From Chloroflexota bacterium (lineage in GTDB: Bacteria > Chloroflexota > Dehalococcoidia > Lucifugimonadales > UBA3495): DNA of 64,000 bases. The stretch lies in NCBI GenBank assembly GCA_027623675.1, contig JAQBVF010000006.1, positions 59,919-123,918 of the forward strand, in the 5' to 3' direction. The notes below the pieces were generated by a model that saw only the letters and a list, made by a program, of their open reading frames with translations, did not search any database and was not told where the DNA came from. Position numbers and translations under genes: made by a program. Below, piece after piece: positions 18,459-28,838 of this stretch; position 1 is the stretch's first letter; the number at the start of each line of letters is the position of its first letter.

Positions 18459-19904
18459 ATGATGCAAGAACCACCCGCCTCCACCCAAAGATCTTCGTCC
18501 CCGGTGCCGGTCGTCAGACTCCCTTCCGTTCCTCTAACCATCACCTTCCTCGCGGTCTTGGCATTGGCGCTGGCGCTCGCCGCCTGCTCATCATCGGTGG
18601 ACTCGAAGGACCCGGCGGAGTCGCAAGATGGGTCCGGCGGGCTTTCTTTGGTATGGGAAGCCTGGGACAAGATCAGTCAGAATTACGCCGGTGTGGACGC
18701 CTTGGATTCGGAGTCAGTGGCCGCCGGTGCGATGGCCCAGTTTTTGGACCTGGTGGACGTTTCCCCATATCCGTTCTTGACGGACGTCGGCCGAATGCGC
18801 GGGCAGCCTCCAGCCAACGTCCCCGGTGAGATGGTCGATCTTTGGCGGGCGTTTGCCCTCTACAGCGCCGGGGAGCCGGACTTCGATCCAGCCACGGTCG
18901 CGGAAGCGGTGGTGGCCGGCATGTTGAACGGCCTGGGAGACCCATCCGCAGCCTTCTTGGATGCTGAGCAATATCCGTTGGCCAGGGAGAACCTGGATGA
19001 TGTGGTCGAGGGCAGTTACCTGGGCATCGGGTCCAGAGTGATCTCTCAAGACGGCCAGATCGTGCTGTTCCCCTTCGGGGGCTCGCCGGCGGAGAGCGCG
19101 GGTATCCTGCCCGGCGACGTATTGGTGGCGGTGGCCGGCTCATCGGTGGTGGGTCAGAGTGTTCAGGAAGTAGTGAGCCAAGTTGCGGGACCCAAGGGAA
19201 CCAAAGTCCTGTTGGCCTTGGCGCGGGCCGGCGAAGCCCAGCACCTGGAGGTCGAGGTTTTCCGGGGCGACATAGAATTGCAATCGGTGGCCAGTCAATT
19301 GATACCCGGGGGCATCGCCTATCTGCGTATCTCCCGGTTTCGTGAGAATACGGGCGAGCAAGTGTTCAGCGCTCTGGAAGAGCTGAACCGGTTCGATATG
19401 CTGGCGTTGGTACTGGACCTGAGGTCCAACCCCGGCGGGTCCGCGGCGGCTGCCAAGGAATCGGCTGGCCAATTCCTGCCCGACGGCGCCGTATTTGGAT
19501 TCGTGGAAGACCAGACCGGCAAGCGCACGGCCCAATACATCGCCTCCAACGAGGACCGCCTCAGCCTGGACGACCTGCTGATCGCGGTGCTGGTCAATGA
19601 TCAGACCGTCCGGGAAGCGGAGACGATGGCGGCGGCGTTGCAGGACGCCGGCAGGGCCACTGTCTTTGGCACAGCCACCTTCGGCGACGCCTCGGCCTAC
19701 GAGTTCATCGAACTGAGCAACGGGTCTGCCATGTACCTGCCGGTTTCCCGTTGGCTCACTCCATCAGGCAAGCTCCTGGGCCGGAACGGCCTAACCCCTG
19801 ATGTAGAGGTCGACTCGGTCCCCGAAGTGGACGGCTACGGCGGTGAGAGTCAATTTAACCGCGCCTATGAGTTCCTGGACAGCCAACTTCCGCCATTCCG
19901 TTAA
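18459..19904 (+). CDS. S41 (CtpA-like) PDZ-containing lipoprotein, catalytic residues apparently absent
   Basis: Hydrophobic stretch with lipobox LAAC, GMLNGLGDP, YLGIG PDZ, GSPAESAGILPGD, LVLDLRSNPGG, WLTPSG..GLTPDV. Start uncertain. Confidence 0.85.
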   Translation: MMQEPPASTQRSSSPVPVVRLPSVPLTITFLAVLALALALAACSSSVDSKDPAESQDGSGGLSLVWEAWDKISQNYAGVDALDSESVAAGAMAQFLDLVDVSPYPFLTDVGRMRGQPPANVPGEMVDLWRAFALYSAGEPDFDPATVAEAVVAGMLNGLGDPSAAFLDAEQYPLARENLDDVVEGSYLGIGSRVISQDGQIVLFPFGGSPAESAGILPGDVLVAVAGSSVVGQSVQEVVSQVAGPKGTKVLLALARAGEAQHLEVEVFRGDIELQSVASQLIPGGIAYLRISRFRENTGEQVFSALEELNRFDMLALVLDLRSNPGGSAAAAKESAGQFLPDGAVFGFVEDQTGKRTAQYIASNEDRLSLDDLLIAVLVNDQTVREAETMAAALQDAGRATVFGTATFGDASAYEFIELSNGSAMYLPVSRWLTPSGKLLGRNGLTPDVEVDSVPEVDGYGGESQFNRAYEFLDSQLPPFR

Positions 19905-19938
19905 CAACGGGGTTACTGTCCCGCGGGCACTCCTCTAG

Positions 19939-19975
19939 AAAAAATAAAGGCCTCTCCCTTGGAAGAGGCCTTTTT
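19939..19975. terminator. Bidirectional intrinsic terminator between convergent genes
   Basis: AAAGGCCTCT/AGAGGCCTTT stem with an A-tract on the left and a T-tract on the right. Confidence 0.75.
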
Positions 19976-19995
19976 AGTTGCGGGTATGGGGAGGG

Positions 19996-20247
19996 CTAGC
20001 CGGTGTCGGCTTCCTCCTGACAGCGAAGACACACATAGGCGGCGATATCCTCTGGCAGGCTGTCGCTGGCCACATTGCGCTTGCGGCCGCACACCGAGCA
20101 GACCACAGTCTCCGTGGCGGGAGGCGGCGGTTTGGCGGTGACATTCTCCGCCTCGGGAGACCCACTTCGGTGTCTCCCTCGAAATCCGACGTAGTCGGAA
20201 TCGCTCTCCCGCAACCGCAGGAAGCGTTCCCGGTCTTTACGGCCCAA
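19996..20247 (-). CDS. Small hypothetical protein with C-terminal CxxC...CxxC zinc-ribbon motif
   Basis: AAAGGAGG SD then TTG: MGRKDRERFLRLRES...VVCSVCGRKRNV...YVCLRCQEE (83 aa). Confidence 0.75.
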   Translation of the reverse strand: MGRKDRERFLRLRESDSDYVGFRGRHRSGSPEAENVTAKPPPPATETVVCSVCGRKRNVASDSLPEDIAAYVCLRCQEEADTG

Positions 20248-20345
20248 TCGGCCCTCCTTTAGGCAGGGACGAAGTCGCAACAGCCGGTCACCCTGCCTGT
20301 GGGCAGGAGCGATCGGCTGAATATTGAGCGGTTATAACGAAGGGA

Positions 20346-20732
20346 TTACTTGATCTCGACGGAGGCCCCGGCCTCTTCAAGTTTGGACTTGATGTCGTTG
20401 GCTTCGTCCCTGGCGATGCCTTCCTTGATGGCGGTGGGAGCGGACTCCACCAACTCTTTGGCCTCGCGCAGGCCCAGGGAAGTGACTTCGCGAACGGCCT
20501 TAATGACGTTGATCTTATTGGGACCGATCTCTTTCAGGCTGACCTCGAACGCGGACTGGTCTTCCGCGGCGGCGGCGCCCTCGGCGGGAGCTCCACCGGC
20601 AGCGGGCGCGGCGGCGACGGCCACCGGGGCGGCGGCGCTGATGCCAAACTCGTTTTCCAAGGCCTTTACCACGTCGGCCAACTCGACAACGTTCATCCCT
20701 TTAATCGCTTCTATGATCTCGTCTTTGGTCAT
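20346..20732 (-). CDS. rplL: 50S ribosomal protein L7/L12
   Basis: [36 protein letters not shown]. Confidence 0.97.
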   Translation of the reverse strand: MTKDEIIEAIKGMNVVELADVVKALENEFGISAAAPVAVAAAPAAGGAPAEGAAAAEDQSAFEVSLKEIGPNKINVIKAVREVTSLGLREAKELVESAPTAIKEGIARDEANDIKSKLEEAGASVEIK

Positions 20733-20802
20733 GATGTCTCCTCTTACTTCGTTGTGCTCGATCTAATAGTTATATTGAATTCGACTGCTTGGATCTGCGG
20801 AG

Positions 20803-21531
20803 CTATTCCGACTCTGTTTCCCCGTCGGATTCTGCTTCCGGCGCTGGTTCCGGCTTTGTTTCATTCTCGTCTGCCGCGGGTTGCTCGTCAGCGGGAGCAT
20901 CTTCAGCCGCCGCCGCTTCGGGTTCACTGGCAGCCGAGGCTTCGGGAGCCTCTGCCGCCGGTTCCGGTTCTGGGGCGGGCTCAGGTTCGGCCACCGGGGC
21001 CGGGCCCTCCTCTTCCAACTGACGGACACGGGCTTGCAGCACGTTGCCGAAGGCTTGCAGGGGGCCGTTCATGACTCTGAGCAGTTGGGCGATCGGCGCC
21101 TGCATCGTGCCCAGCAGCATGGCGATCAACTGGTCTTTGGGCGGCAGCAAGGCGAGGCTGGTCACCTGGGCGGCGTTCATGACAGCGCCGTCACCCATCA
21201 CCGCGCCTTGGATGGCCAGGGGTGTTCCGCCGGTGCGGATGAAGTCGGCCAGGACCTTGGCGGCGACCGCCGGGTCGTCAAATCCGATGGCGACGGCGGT
21301 GGGGCCATTGATAATCTCTTTCAGCTGGGGCCTCTGGGCTGCGTCGGCGGCCAGAGAGAACAGGGTGTTCTTGACGATATTGAATTCCACGCCGCCGTTC
21401 CGCATGGCGCGGCGCAACTCGGTCATCTGGTTCACCGAGATTCCCGCGTAGCTCGTGGTCATCGTGATCGCACTGCGCTCTAACCGGTCCTTGAGCTCTT
21501 GGACCCGGTCTATCTTTTGCTGGGTGGGCAA
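20803..21531 (-). CDS. rplJ: 50S ribosomal protein L10 with acidic Pro/Ala/Glu tail
   Basis: AGGAGG SD then TTG 21531: MPTQQK..., YAGISV, VKNTL, GPTAVAIG, LALLP.KDQLIAMLLG. Confidence 0.95.
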   Translation of the reverse strand: MPTQQKIDRVQELKDRLERSAITMTTSYAGISVNQMTELRRAMRNGGVEFNIVKNTLFSLAADAAQRPQLKEIINGPTAVAIGFDDPAVAAKVLADFIRTGGTPLAIQGAVMGDGAVMNAAQVTSLALLPPKDQLIAMLLGTMQAPIAQLLRVMNGPLQAFGNVLQARVRQLEEEGPAPVAEPEPAPEPEPAAEAPEASAASEPEAAAAEDAPADEQPAADENETKPEPAPEAESDGETESE

Positions 21532-21596
21532 ATCAGTCCTCCTGGTTTTCCATCTGTTCCAGACACGGCTAGGTGTGTCTGGAACGGCATGGGAAT

Positions 21597-21635
21597 AAAA
21601 AACTCCCTGCGCCAATTGACACGGCGCAGGGAGTT
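21597..21635 (-). terminator. Attenuator-type terminator in the rplJ leader
   Basis: Perfect 13-bp stem AACTCCCTGCGCC/GGCGCAGGGAGTT with a 9-nt loop, followed by a T-tract on the minus strand. Confidence 0.8.
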
Positions 21636-21660
21636 ATATGCTCCTGTTTCTGTACGTCGC

Positions 21661-21714
21661 GCCTAGGCGGGCGGCTTTCGCATTTAGCCCCGGTGGGGAC
21701 CCGCGGTCTCTGGC
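21661..21714 (-). promoter_or_regulatory. L10 leader (ribosomal protein autoregulatory RNA)
   Basis: GCCAGAGACCGCGGG...GCTAAA...CCCGCCTAGGC between rplA and rplJ resembles the L10-leader pattern GCC..AGAC..AGG/CC..CGAGG. Confidence 0.7.
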
Positions 21715-21763
21715 GTGTGGTTCCTAGATTGTAAAGGCCCTGTGCGGGCCGCGACGCAGGCGG

Positions 21764-22480
21764 TTATTCCTGCGATTTAAGGGCTTGCAGGGCGGGTATG
21801 TCCAGTTGAACACTGGGGCCCATAGTTGAAGTGAGATATGCTGACCGAAAGAAAGGGCCTTTCATGCTGGCCGGTTGGTCTCTCATTATAGCATCGGTCA
21901 AAGCGGCGAGGTTTTCCACCAGCTTGTCGGCTTCGAAACTGACCTTGCCAACCGCGGAGTGGATGATTGCCGCGCGGTCCGTCCGGTACTCGGTGCGGCC
22001 GCCTTTGGCTTCTTGGATCGCGCGGGGCAGGTCCTGGGGTTGGACCATGGTGCCGGACCGTGGGTTGGGCATGAGGCCTTTGCGCCCGAGGACGCGGCCC
22101 AGTTTGCCGATCTTGGGCATCACCTGGGGGGTGGCCAGGCCCACTTCGAAATCGGACCATCCGCCTTCAATCTTCTCGATCAGGTCGTCTTCACCCACGA
22201 AGTCGGCGCCGGCGGCGCGGGCTTCCTCGGCGCCTTCAGCCCCAGCGAACACCACCACTCGGATGGTCTTGCCCAGGCCATGGGGCAGACTGCAAACCCC
22301 ACGAATCATCTGATCGGCATGGCGGGGGTCGACACTCGTCCTGATGTGCAGTTCGACGGTCTCGTCGAACTTGGCGGTGGAAACCTCTTTCAGAAGCTCC
22401 ATGGCCTCAATCGGCGTATAGGTCCTGTCTTCGTCCACCTTTTCCGCTACGGCACTGAACCGCCGGCTGTGCTTGACCAT
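21764..22480 (-). CDS. rplA: 50S ribosomal protein L1
   Basis: KFDETVE, DPRHADQMIRG, LPHGLGK, LGRVLGRKGLMPNP, STMGP. Confidence 0.97.
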   Translation of the reverse strand: MVKHSRRFSAVAEKVDEDRTYTPIEAMELLKEVSTAKFDETVELHIRTSVDPRHADQMIRGVCSLPHGLGKTIRVVVFAGAEGAEEARAAGADFVGEDDLIEKIEGGWSDFEVGLATPQVMPKIGKLGRVLGRKGLMPNPRSGTMVQPQDLPRAIQEAKGGRTEYRTDRAAIIHSAVGKVSFEADKLVENLAALTDAIMRDQPASMKGPFFRSAYLTSTMGPSVQLDIPALQALKSQE

Positions 22481-22485
22481 GGCTG

Positions 22486-22911
22486 CTATTCTCCTACTTC
22501 GATGCCCATGCTGCGGGCGGTGCCGGCGATGGTGGCCATTGCTTGTTCAACGTCGCTGGCGTTCAGGTCTACCATCTTGGATTCGGCTATCTCCCGGAGT
22601 TGCTGGCGGCTGATATGGCCGACGCTGCCCTGCCTGGATTCGGCGCTACCCTTGTCCACTCCCGCCGCCTTGCGGAGCATGTCCGACGCCGGAGGAGTGC
22701 GGGTCACAAATGTGAAGGAACGGTCTTCATAGACGGTCAGGTGGACGGGCACGATAGTCCCAGCCTGGGTGGCCGTTTTAGAGTTGTACTCCTTGACGAA
22801 ACCCATGATGTTGACGCCGTGTTGGCCCAACGCGGGTCCCACCGGAGGGGCGGGAGTCGCCTTTCCGGCTTCCAATTGCAGTTTGATGATGGCCCTAACT
22901 TTCTTCGCCAA
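22486..22911 (-). CDS. rplK: 50S ribosomal protein L11
   Basis: [28 protein letters not shown]. Confidence 0.97.
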   Translation of the reverse strand: MAKKVRAIIKLQLEAGKATPAPPVGPALGQHGVNIMGFVKEYNSKTATQAGTIVPVHLTVYEDRSFTFVTRTPPASDMLRKAAGVDKGSAESRQGSVGHISRQQLREIAESKMVDLNASDVEQAMATIAGTARSMGIEVGE

Positions 22912-23023
22912 TGGGGGCTCCTAGTTGCTCTCGTGTTTGGTGTATCCCCCGGACCGGGGATGTTCTGACGTGCGCTCTAGCTTCAGGGTTCTTCCAGTGT
23001 TAAACGCCGGTTAAACGCCCGGT

Positions 23024-23602
23024 TTAGATGCGCTCCACTTGCAAGAAATCAAGTTCCACGGGCGTTTCACGCCCGAAGAAGGATACCATAACCCGGACCT
23101 TGCCCTTGCCTTCGTCCACGTCGTTGATGGAACCGATGAAATCCACAAAGGGGCCTTCGGTGATGCGTACGGTCTCGCCCCGTTCCAGCCCGATGTTGAC
23201 GCGGGTGGGGCCGGAGTCGACCTGCTTCAAGATGTCTTCCATCTGCTTGTCTTCAAGGGGCACCGGCTTGGGCCGTTTGTCGTGCTCGTCCTCGGTGGAG
23301 ACGAAACCAGTCACGCCCGGCGTGTTGCGCACGGCGTACCAGCTTTCGTCGTCCATGGTCATCTGGACCAGGATGTAGCCGGGGAACAATTTCTTTCGTT
23401 CCGAGCGGCGCTGCCCTTCCTTAAAGACCACTTCCTCTTCCGTGGGAACCAGGACCTCATTGATCCTGTCCTGCATGTCCAGGCTCTGAATGCGCAGCCG
23501 CAGGTTCTTTTCGACCAGGTCTTCCTGGCCGGAGTAGGTATGGACGATATACCATCGAGGCCCTTGGGCCTCTTCCGTTTCCGATGTATCTCTTGAAGTC
23601 AT
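23024..23602 (-). CDS. nusG: Transcription factor NusG
   Basis: WYIVHTYSG, FPGYILV, VRNTPGVTGF, KOW motif, FGRETPVEL. Confidence 0.97.
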   Translation of the reverse strand: MTSRDTSETEEAQGPRWYIVHTYSGQEDLVEKNLRLRIQSLDMQDRINEVLVPTEEEVVFKEGQRRSERKKLFPGYILVQMTMDDESWYAVRNTPGVTGFVSTEDEHDKRPKPVPLEDKQMEDILKQVDSGPTRVNIGLERGETVRITEGPFVDFIGSINDVDEGKGKVRVMVSFFGRETPVELDFLQVERI

Positions 23603-23709
23603 GTTGCAATGTCCAATGCTAGGTCACGCCGATTCATTGGGACGAGAAACGGCAACCCAGGTATCCTGGGTGACGATCCCGGAGGCGCCGGCCGGGTCCC
23701 AGGCCTTCT

Positions 23710-23946
23710 TTAGAATATGACCCGCGTGAACAACTCCGAGAAGATCCGGTCGAGTCCACCCAGGAAGAAACCGGCTGCGATGGCCAGTACGATCACGACC
23801 ACGGTCAGCCGCGAGGTCTCTTCCCTGCTGGGCCAGACCGACTTGCGCAATTCCGAGTAGGTCTCTCGAAGGAAACCTACCGGGGTAACGCGTCCGCCGC
23901 CGGTGGGGGAGGCGATACGTTGGCTGCGCGTTGATGCCCTAGCCAT
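23710..23946 (-). CDS. secE: Preprotein translocase subunit SecE
   Basis: FLRETYSELRKSVWPSREE plus one TM helix; lies between rpmG and nusG. Confidence 0.93.
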   Translation of the reverse strand: MARASTRSQRIASPTGGGRVTPVGFLRETYSELRKSVWPSREETSRLTVVVIVLAIAAGFFLGGLDRIFSELFTRVIF

Positions 23947-23952
23947 TGGGAA

Positions 23953-24123
23953 CTACCTCACTTCACGGTGCGTCTTGTGACTGCGGCACCGGGAGCAATA
24001 TTTCTGCAACTCCATGCGGTTGGGGTCGTTGCGGCGGTTCTTCATCGTCGTGTAATTGCGTTCCCGGCAGTCGCCGCACTGCAGGGTGATGATCTGTCGT
24101 ACGTCGGCGGTTTTTCTGGCCAT
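23953..24123 (-). CDS. rpmG: 50S ribosomal protein L33 (Zn-binding C+ form)
   Basis: Manual translation (56 aa, below the ORF track cutoff): [56 protein letters not shown]. Confidence 0.96.
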   Translation of the reverse strand: MARKTADVRQIITLQCGDCRERNYTTMKNRRNDPNRMELQKYCSRCRSHKTHREVR

Positions 24124-24126
24124 CGG

Positions 24127-25311
<1,185 letters not shown>

Positions 25312-25408
25312 CTCTTTAGGTGTCCTCCCTACTGCTTTTAACTCGGGTTTTTATTTGGATATTGATTCGGGCCAATGTTCAGAGCCAATGTTCAGAGCCG
25401 GTTCTTGC

Positions 25409-25483
25409 TGGAGCCCAGAGGCGGGATTGAACCGCCGACCTCGTTCTTACCAAGAACGCGCTCTGCCGCTGAGCTATCTGGGC
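25409..25483 (-). tRNA. tRNA-Thr(GGT)
   Basis: GCCCAGATAGCTCAGCGGCAGAGCG-CGTTC TT GGT AA GAACG-AGGTC GGCGG TTCAAT CCCGCC TCTGGGC T CCA; cloverleaf with encoded CCA. Confidence 0.96.
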
Positions 25484-25588
25484 TGATAGAATATTGTTCC
25501 GTAATCTGCCCCTTTGATAGAGGGCGGTCTATGAGTCCTCGCCTGTTTGTCCGGTTCCTGAGCCTCAGTATCGGCTACGATGCAAGGT

Positions 25589-25676
25589 TGGTGGAGGGGG
25601 CAGGATTCGAACCTGCGAAGCCCTTCCGGACGCCAGATTTACAGTCTGGTGGCTTTAACCACTCACCCACCCCTCC
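25589..25676 (-). tRNA. tRNA-Tyr(GTA)
   Basis: GGAGGGG...CCAGA CT GTA AA TCTGG, long variable arm, GCAGGTTCGAATCCTGC, CCCCTCC A CCA. Confidence 0.96.
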
Positions 25677-25987
25677 AGACATAAGAATCTTCGCATATCG
25701 AACAGGCTCGGCGCAATCGTCAGCAGGCTGATTATGGGCCGTTGGTCTTGCCGCCAATCACCCGTTGGGGGCGTGCCCGGCGGGGTTTGCCGCTCGATAG
25801 CCCCAGAGGGGGGTCGCTGCCCTGGCTGGTCGAACACCGGCCAACAGCACTACTATTATGTGCGTTTACCAGTACGCGCGCCACAGGGGCATCGAGGACC
25901 CTGGTTCTGGAACTCAGTAAAGATTCGACTCGCACTAAAAATAGCCCCGCATTCGTGGGGCCATTTCGTAACCAGGAATCCAAACAA

Positions 25988-26016
25988 ATTATATAAATTG
26001 CCCCCGAGAAAGTCAA
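25988..26016 (-). promoter_or_regulatory. Near-consensus sigma70 promoter upstream of the tRNA-tuf operon
   Basis: TTGACT-17 nt-TATAAT. Confidence 0.75.
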
Positions 26017-26121
26017 TCGGTTCACGCCCACGGTTTACGGATTTCGCCGCGCGGTTTCTTCGAGTCTACTGACCGGCCTAGACCGCCGACCGGCCAGGGG
26101 CGGTGGCGCCATGTTTTTGTC

Positions 26122-26150
26122 TTGACGGGCACTGGCCCATAACCTACACT
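26122..26150 (+). promoter_or_regulatory. Sigma70-type promoter of apt
   Basis: TTGACG-17 nt-TACACT. Confidence 0.55.
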
Positions 26151-26278
26151 TTCAGGCACGGCCAAATGGCCGATTCCCCTATCTGCCACGGGTAGAAACC
26201 GCCTTTTAATCACCGGCCCGCCAACAGCCTCCCGCAGGGCGTGTTTGAGGTCGAGTTTGACGGAGCCGAACCAATCAG

Positions 26279-26791
26279 ATGGACCTGAAAGACTACATCC
26301 GGGACGTGCCGGACTTCCCCGAGCCGGGGATATTATTCAAGGATATAACCCCGTTATTGGGTGACGCGAAAGCCTTCGACTACGTCATCTCCCAGTTGGT
26401 GGAGCGTTATAAGGACGCGGATTTCGACGCCGTCGTGCCGGTGGAGTCGCGCGGGTTCCTCTTTGGAGCGCCCCTGGCCCGCGAACTGGGCAAACCCATC
26501 GTGCCGGTGCGAAAACCCGGCAAGCTGCCGGCCGCCACCCACTCCACCGATTACGCGCTGGAATACGGCACCAATACCATGGAGATACACATCGACGGTG
26601 TTGAGAAAGGCCAGAAAGTATTGATTCTGGACGACCTGCTGGCCACCGGAGGCACTTTGGGCGCCTCCGCCAAGCTGGTGGAGATGGCCGGGGGCGTGGT
26701 CTCAGAGATCGGGGTGATCATTGAACTGACCTTCTTGGATGGCCGGAAGAACCTGGCCGGTTACAATGTCTACTCCATGCTCCAATACTGA
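26279..26791 (+). CDS. apt: Adenine phosphoribosyltransferase
   Basis: DFPEPGILFKDITPLL, ESRGF, RKPGKLP, YALEYG, ILDDLLATGGT. Confidence 0.97.
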   Translation: MDLKDYIRDVPDFPEPGILFKDITPLLGDAKAFDYVISQLVERYKDADFDAVVPVESRGFLFGAPLARELGKPIVPVRKPGKLPAATHSTDYALEYGTNTMEIHIDGVEKGQKVLILDDLLATGGTLGASAKLVEMAGGVVSEIGVIIELTFLDGRKNLAGYNVYSMLQY

Positions 26792-26966
26792 GTTCATGCG
26801 CCGGACTTAAGCACTGAACCGAAAGATCATTATCTTCGGCAAACTGTCGGCAAAATCATTGTAGTGAACCAGGGATATTCCCAAGTCCACCGACCACCGG
26901 TCCAAACCTTGAAACCCCAGGGCGCGCGGCGCCTGCCGCGCCAGCGCCGAAGTTAAGGAGAGAATA

Positions 26967-27806
26967 ATGGCCAACAAGATCAACGTGGGCAACGTCGAGA
27001 TCTCATTCGTCTTGGATATGCTCCCACCGCCGAGGGACCCGTCCGTGATGTTCCCCACCACCGACGCCCATGATTGGGAGCCGTACCACGACGCGCTGGA
27101 AGACTGCCAACTGCAACTCTACTACGGCCATTTCTACCTCCGCAGCGGCGGACAGACGATCATGGTGGACACCGGCATGGGTCCAGGACCGCACCCCAGC
27201 CGCGGCGACCGCACCGGAGACATGTTGAACCAACTGAAGATCTCCGGCGTGAACCCCGAGGATGTGGACCTGGTCCTGATGACCCACCTGCATATCGACC
27301 ATGTGGGCTGGAACCTGGATTACACCAGCGGCGAGCCCAAGCCCTACTTCCCCAACGCGCGCTACCTGGCGCCCCGGTTGGACTGGGAGCATTTCTTGAA
27401 GCCCGAATTCGCTGAGAACGCGCCGTGGGTGGCCCACAGCGTGGTGCCGCTGGAAGCCATGGGCCTGCTGGACCTGCTGGACGACGGCCAGGTCATCAGT
27501 GACGAGGTCACCGCCATATCCACGCCCGGTCACACCCCCGGACACATGGTCTTCGACATCACGTCCCAGGGTGAACGGGCCATGGTGGTCGGCGACCTGC
27601 TGCACAGCAAGGTCCAAGTGGAGCGGCCCGAGTGGACCGCCGGGGTGGACACCGATAAAGAGGCCAGCCGCGCCAACCGAACCAAGATCCTGGAGAAAGC
27701 CGAGGCCGAAGACGCGGTCATCGCCGCCGGACATTTCCATCCCGACGATCACATCGGCAAGGTGATCCGTCGAGATGGCAAGCGGTTCTGGCAAGTGATT
27801 AAGTAG
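26967..27806 (+). CDS. Metallo-beta-lactamase-fold hydrolase
   Basis: VDTGMG, THLHIDHVGWN, TPGHTPGH, VGDLLH, GHF. Confidence 0.9.
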   Translation: MANKINVGNVEISFVLDMLPPPRDPSVMFPTTDAHDWEPYHDALEDCQLQLYYGHFYLRSGGQTIMVDTGMGPGPHPSRGDRTGDMLNQLKISGVNPEDVDLVLMTHLHIDHVGWNLDYTSGEPKPYFPNARYLAPRLDWEHFLKPEFAENAPWVAHSVVPLEAMGLLDLLDDGQVISDEVTAISTPGHTPGHMVFDITSQGERAMVVGDLLHSKVQVERPEWTAGVDTDKEASRANRTKILEKAEAEDAVIAAGHFHPDDHIGKVIRRDGKRFWQVIK

Positions 27807-27833
27807 CTAAATGCATCATATCCTGGAGATATC

Positions 27834-28838
27834 GTGAGTCCGGAAGACGACCTGCAAGAAGAAGATCTGGAAGAGGGCGGTCTGGAAGAAGACGCCAAAG
27901 ACCTGTACCAAGCTGCCGTCGATTTCCGGCAGCGCTACTACGGCCCGGACAACAACCCTGTGCCGCCGGCGGCCATGGCTGAGCTTGCGCCCGAAGTGAT
28001 GCGCCTGGTTGACCAGGTCATCTACGGCGAGATCTACAACCGCCCCGCCGTCGATCTCAAAACGCGAAGTCTCTGCACCATCGCGGCTCTGGTGGTGCTG
28101 GGCCACAGCCCGCAGATGATTAAGCGGCATATCTCAGGTGCGCTGCACATCGGCATCACACGGGAAGAGATATCGGAGATCATCGCCCAGATGGTCTTCT
28201 ACGGCGGCATGCCCGCCGCGGTGAACGCCTTCCGCATGGCCAAGGAGGCCTTCGACGAGTCCCCCGATGGCTTGGACCCCGCCCAGCGCGAGGAAGTCCG
28301 GAACACGGTCGAATACAAAGAAAGCGGCGATGCTTACGGCGTTGCCCCACCCCCGGAACCGGAGGAAGTTAAGCCTGACGAACCAGAAGCCCAGCCCACT
28401 CCGGCGCCGTCACAACCGCAGGCCCCGCCTTACCGCGGCCGCCCGGACGATACACCGCCACGGCTGAGAGCGCCGGGACGTCCACCCGCGAGAGGCTCTG
28501 GGCAGCCGCCATTAACCGCGGAACGGCCCCCGGGCAGACAGAGCGGCCGGCGTCCATCAGACATGAGTAGGAGAGAACGAGATGAAGTTGGGTTTCATCG
28601 GGACCGGCAACATGGGGAATCCCATGGCCGCCAATCTGATCAAAGCGGGCCATCAGCTAACCGTTCACGACCTGCGGCGCGAGGCCGCAACCAACCTGCT
28701 GGAGATGGGCGCAAACTGGGTGGACAGCCCAAAGGAGGCCGTCCAGGGCAACGAGGCGGTGTTCACGTCCCTCCCGGTGCCAAGGGACGTGGAAGCAGTG
28801 GTCCTGGGCGAAAACGGAATCCTGGAGGGCGCAAGTAG
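27834..28838 (+). CDS. Carboxymuconolactone decarboxylase (CMD/AhpD-like) family protein with low-complexity tail; 3' end uncertain
   Basis: IYGEIYNRPAVDLKTRSLCTIAAL, HISGALHIGITREEISE..FYGGMPAA. The ORF overlaps the next gene by 257 nt. Confidence 0.8.
   Translation: MSPEDDLQEEDLEEGGLEEDAKDLYQAAVDFRQRYYGPDNNPVPPAAMAELAPEVMRLVDQVIYGEIYNRPAVDLKTRSLCTIAALVVLGHSPQMIKRHISGALHIGITREEISEIIAQMVFYGGMPAAVNAFRMAKEAFDESPDGLDPAQREEVRNTVEYKESGDAYGVAPPPEPEEVKPDEPEAQPTPAPSQPQAPPYRGRPDDTPPRLRAPGRPPARGSGQPPLTAERPPGRQSGRRPSDMSRRERDEVGFHRDRQHGESHGRQSDQSGPSANRSRPAARGRNQPAGDGRKLGGQPKGGRPGQRGGVHVPPGAKGRGSSGPGRKRNPGGRK

Noticed and set aside
25484..25860. tRNA-Gly, a second tRNA-Thr or tRNA-Sec near the tRNA pair
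   Set aside because: No additional cloverleaf, T-loop or UCA anticodon arm was found.
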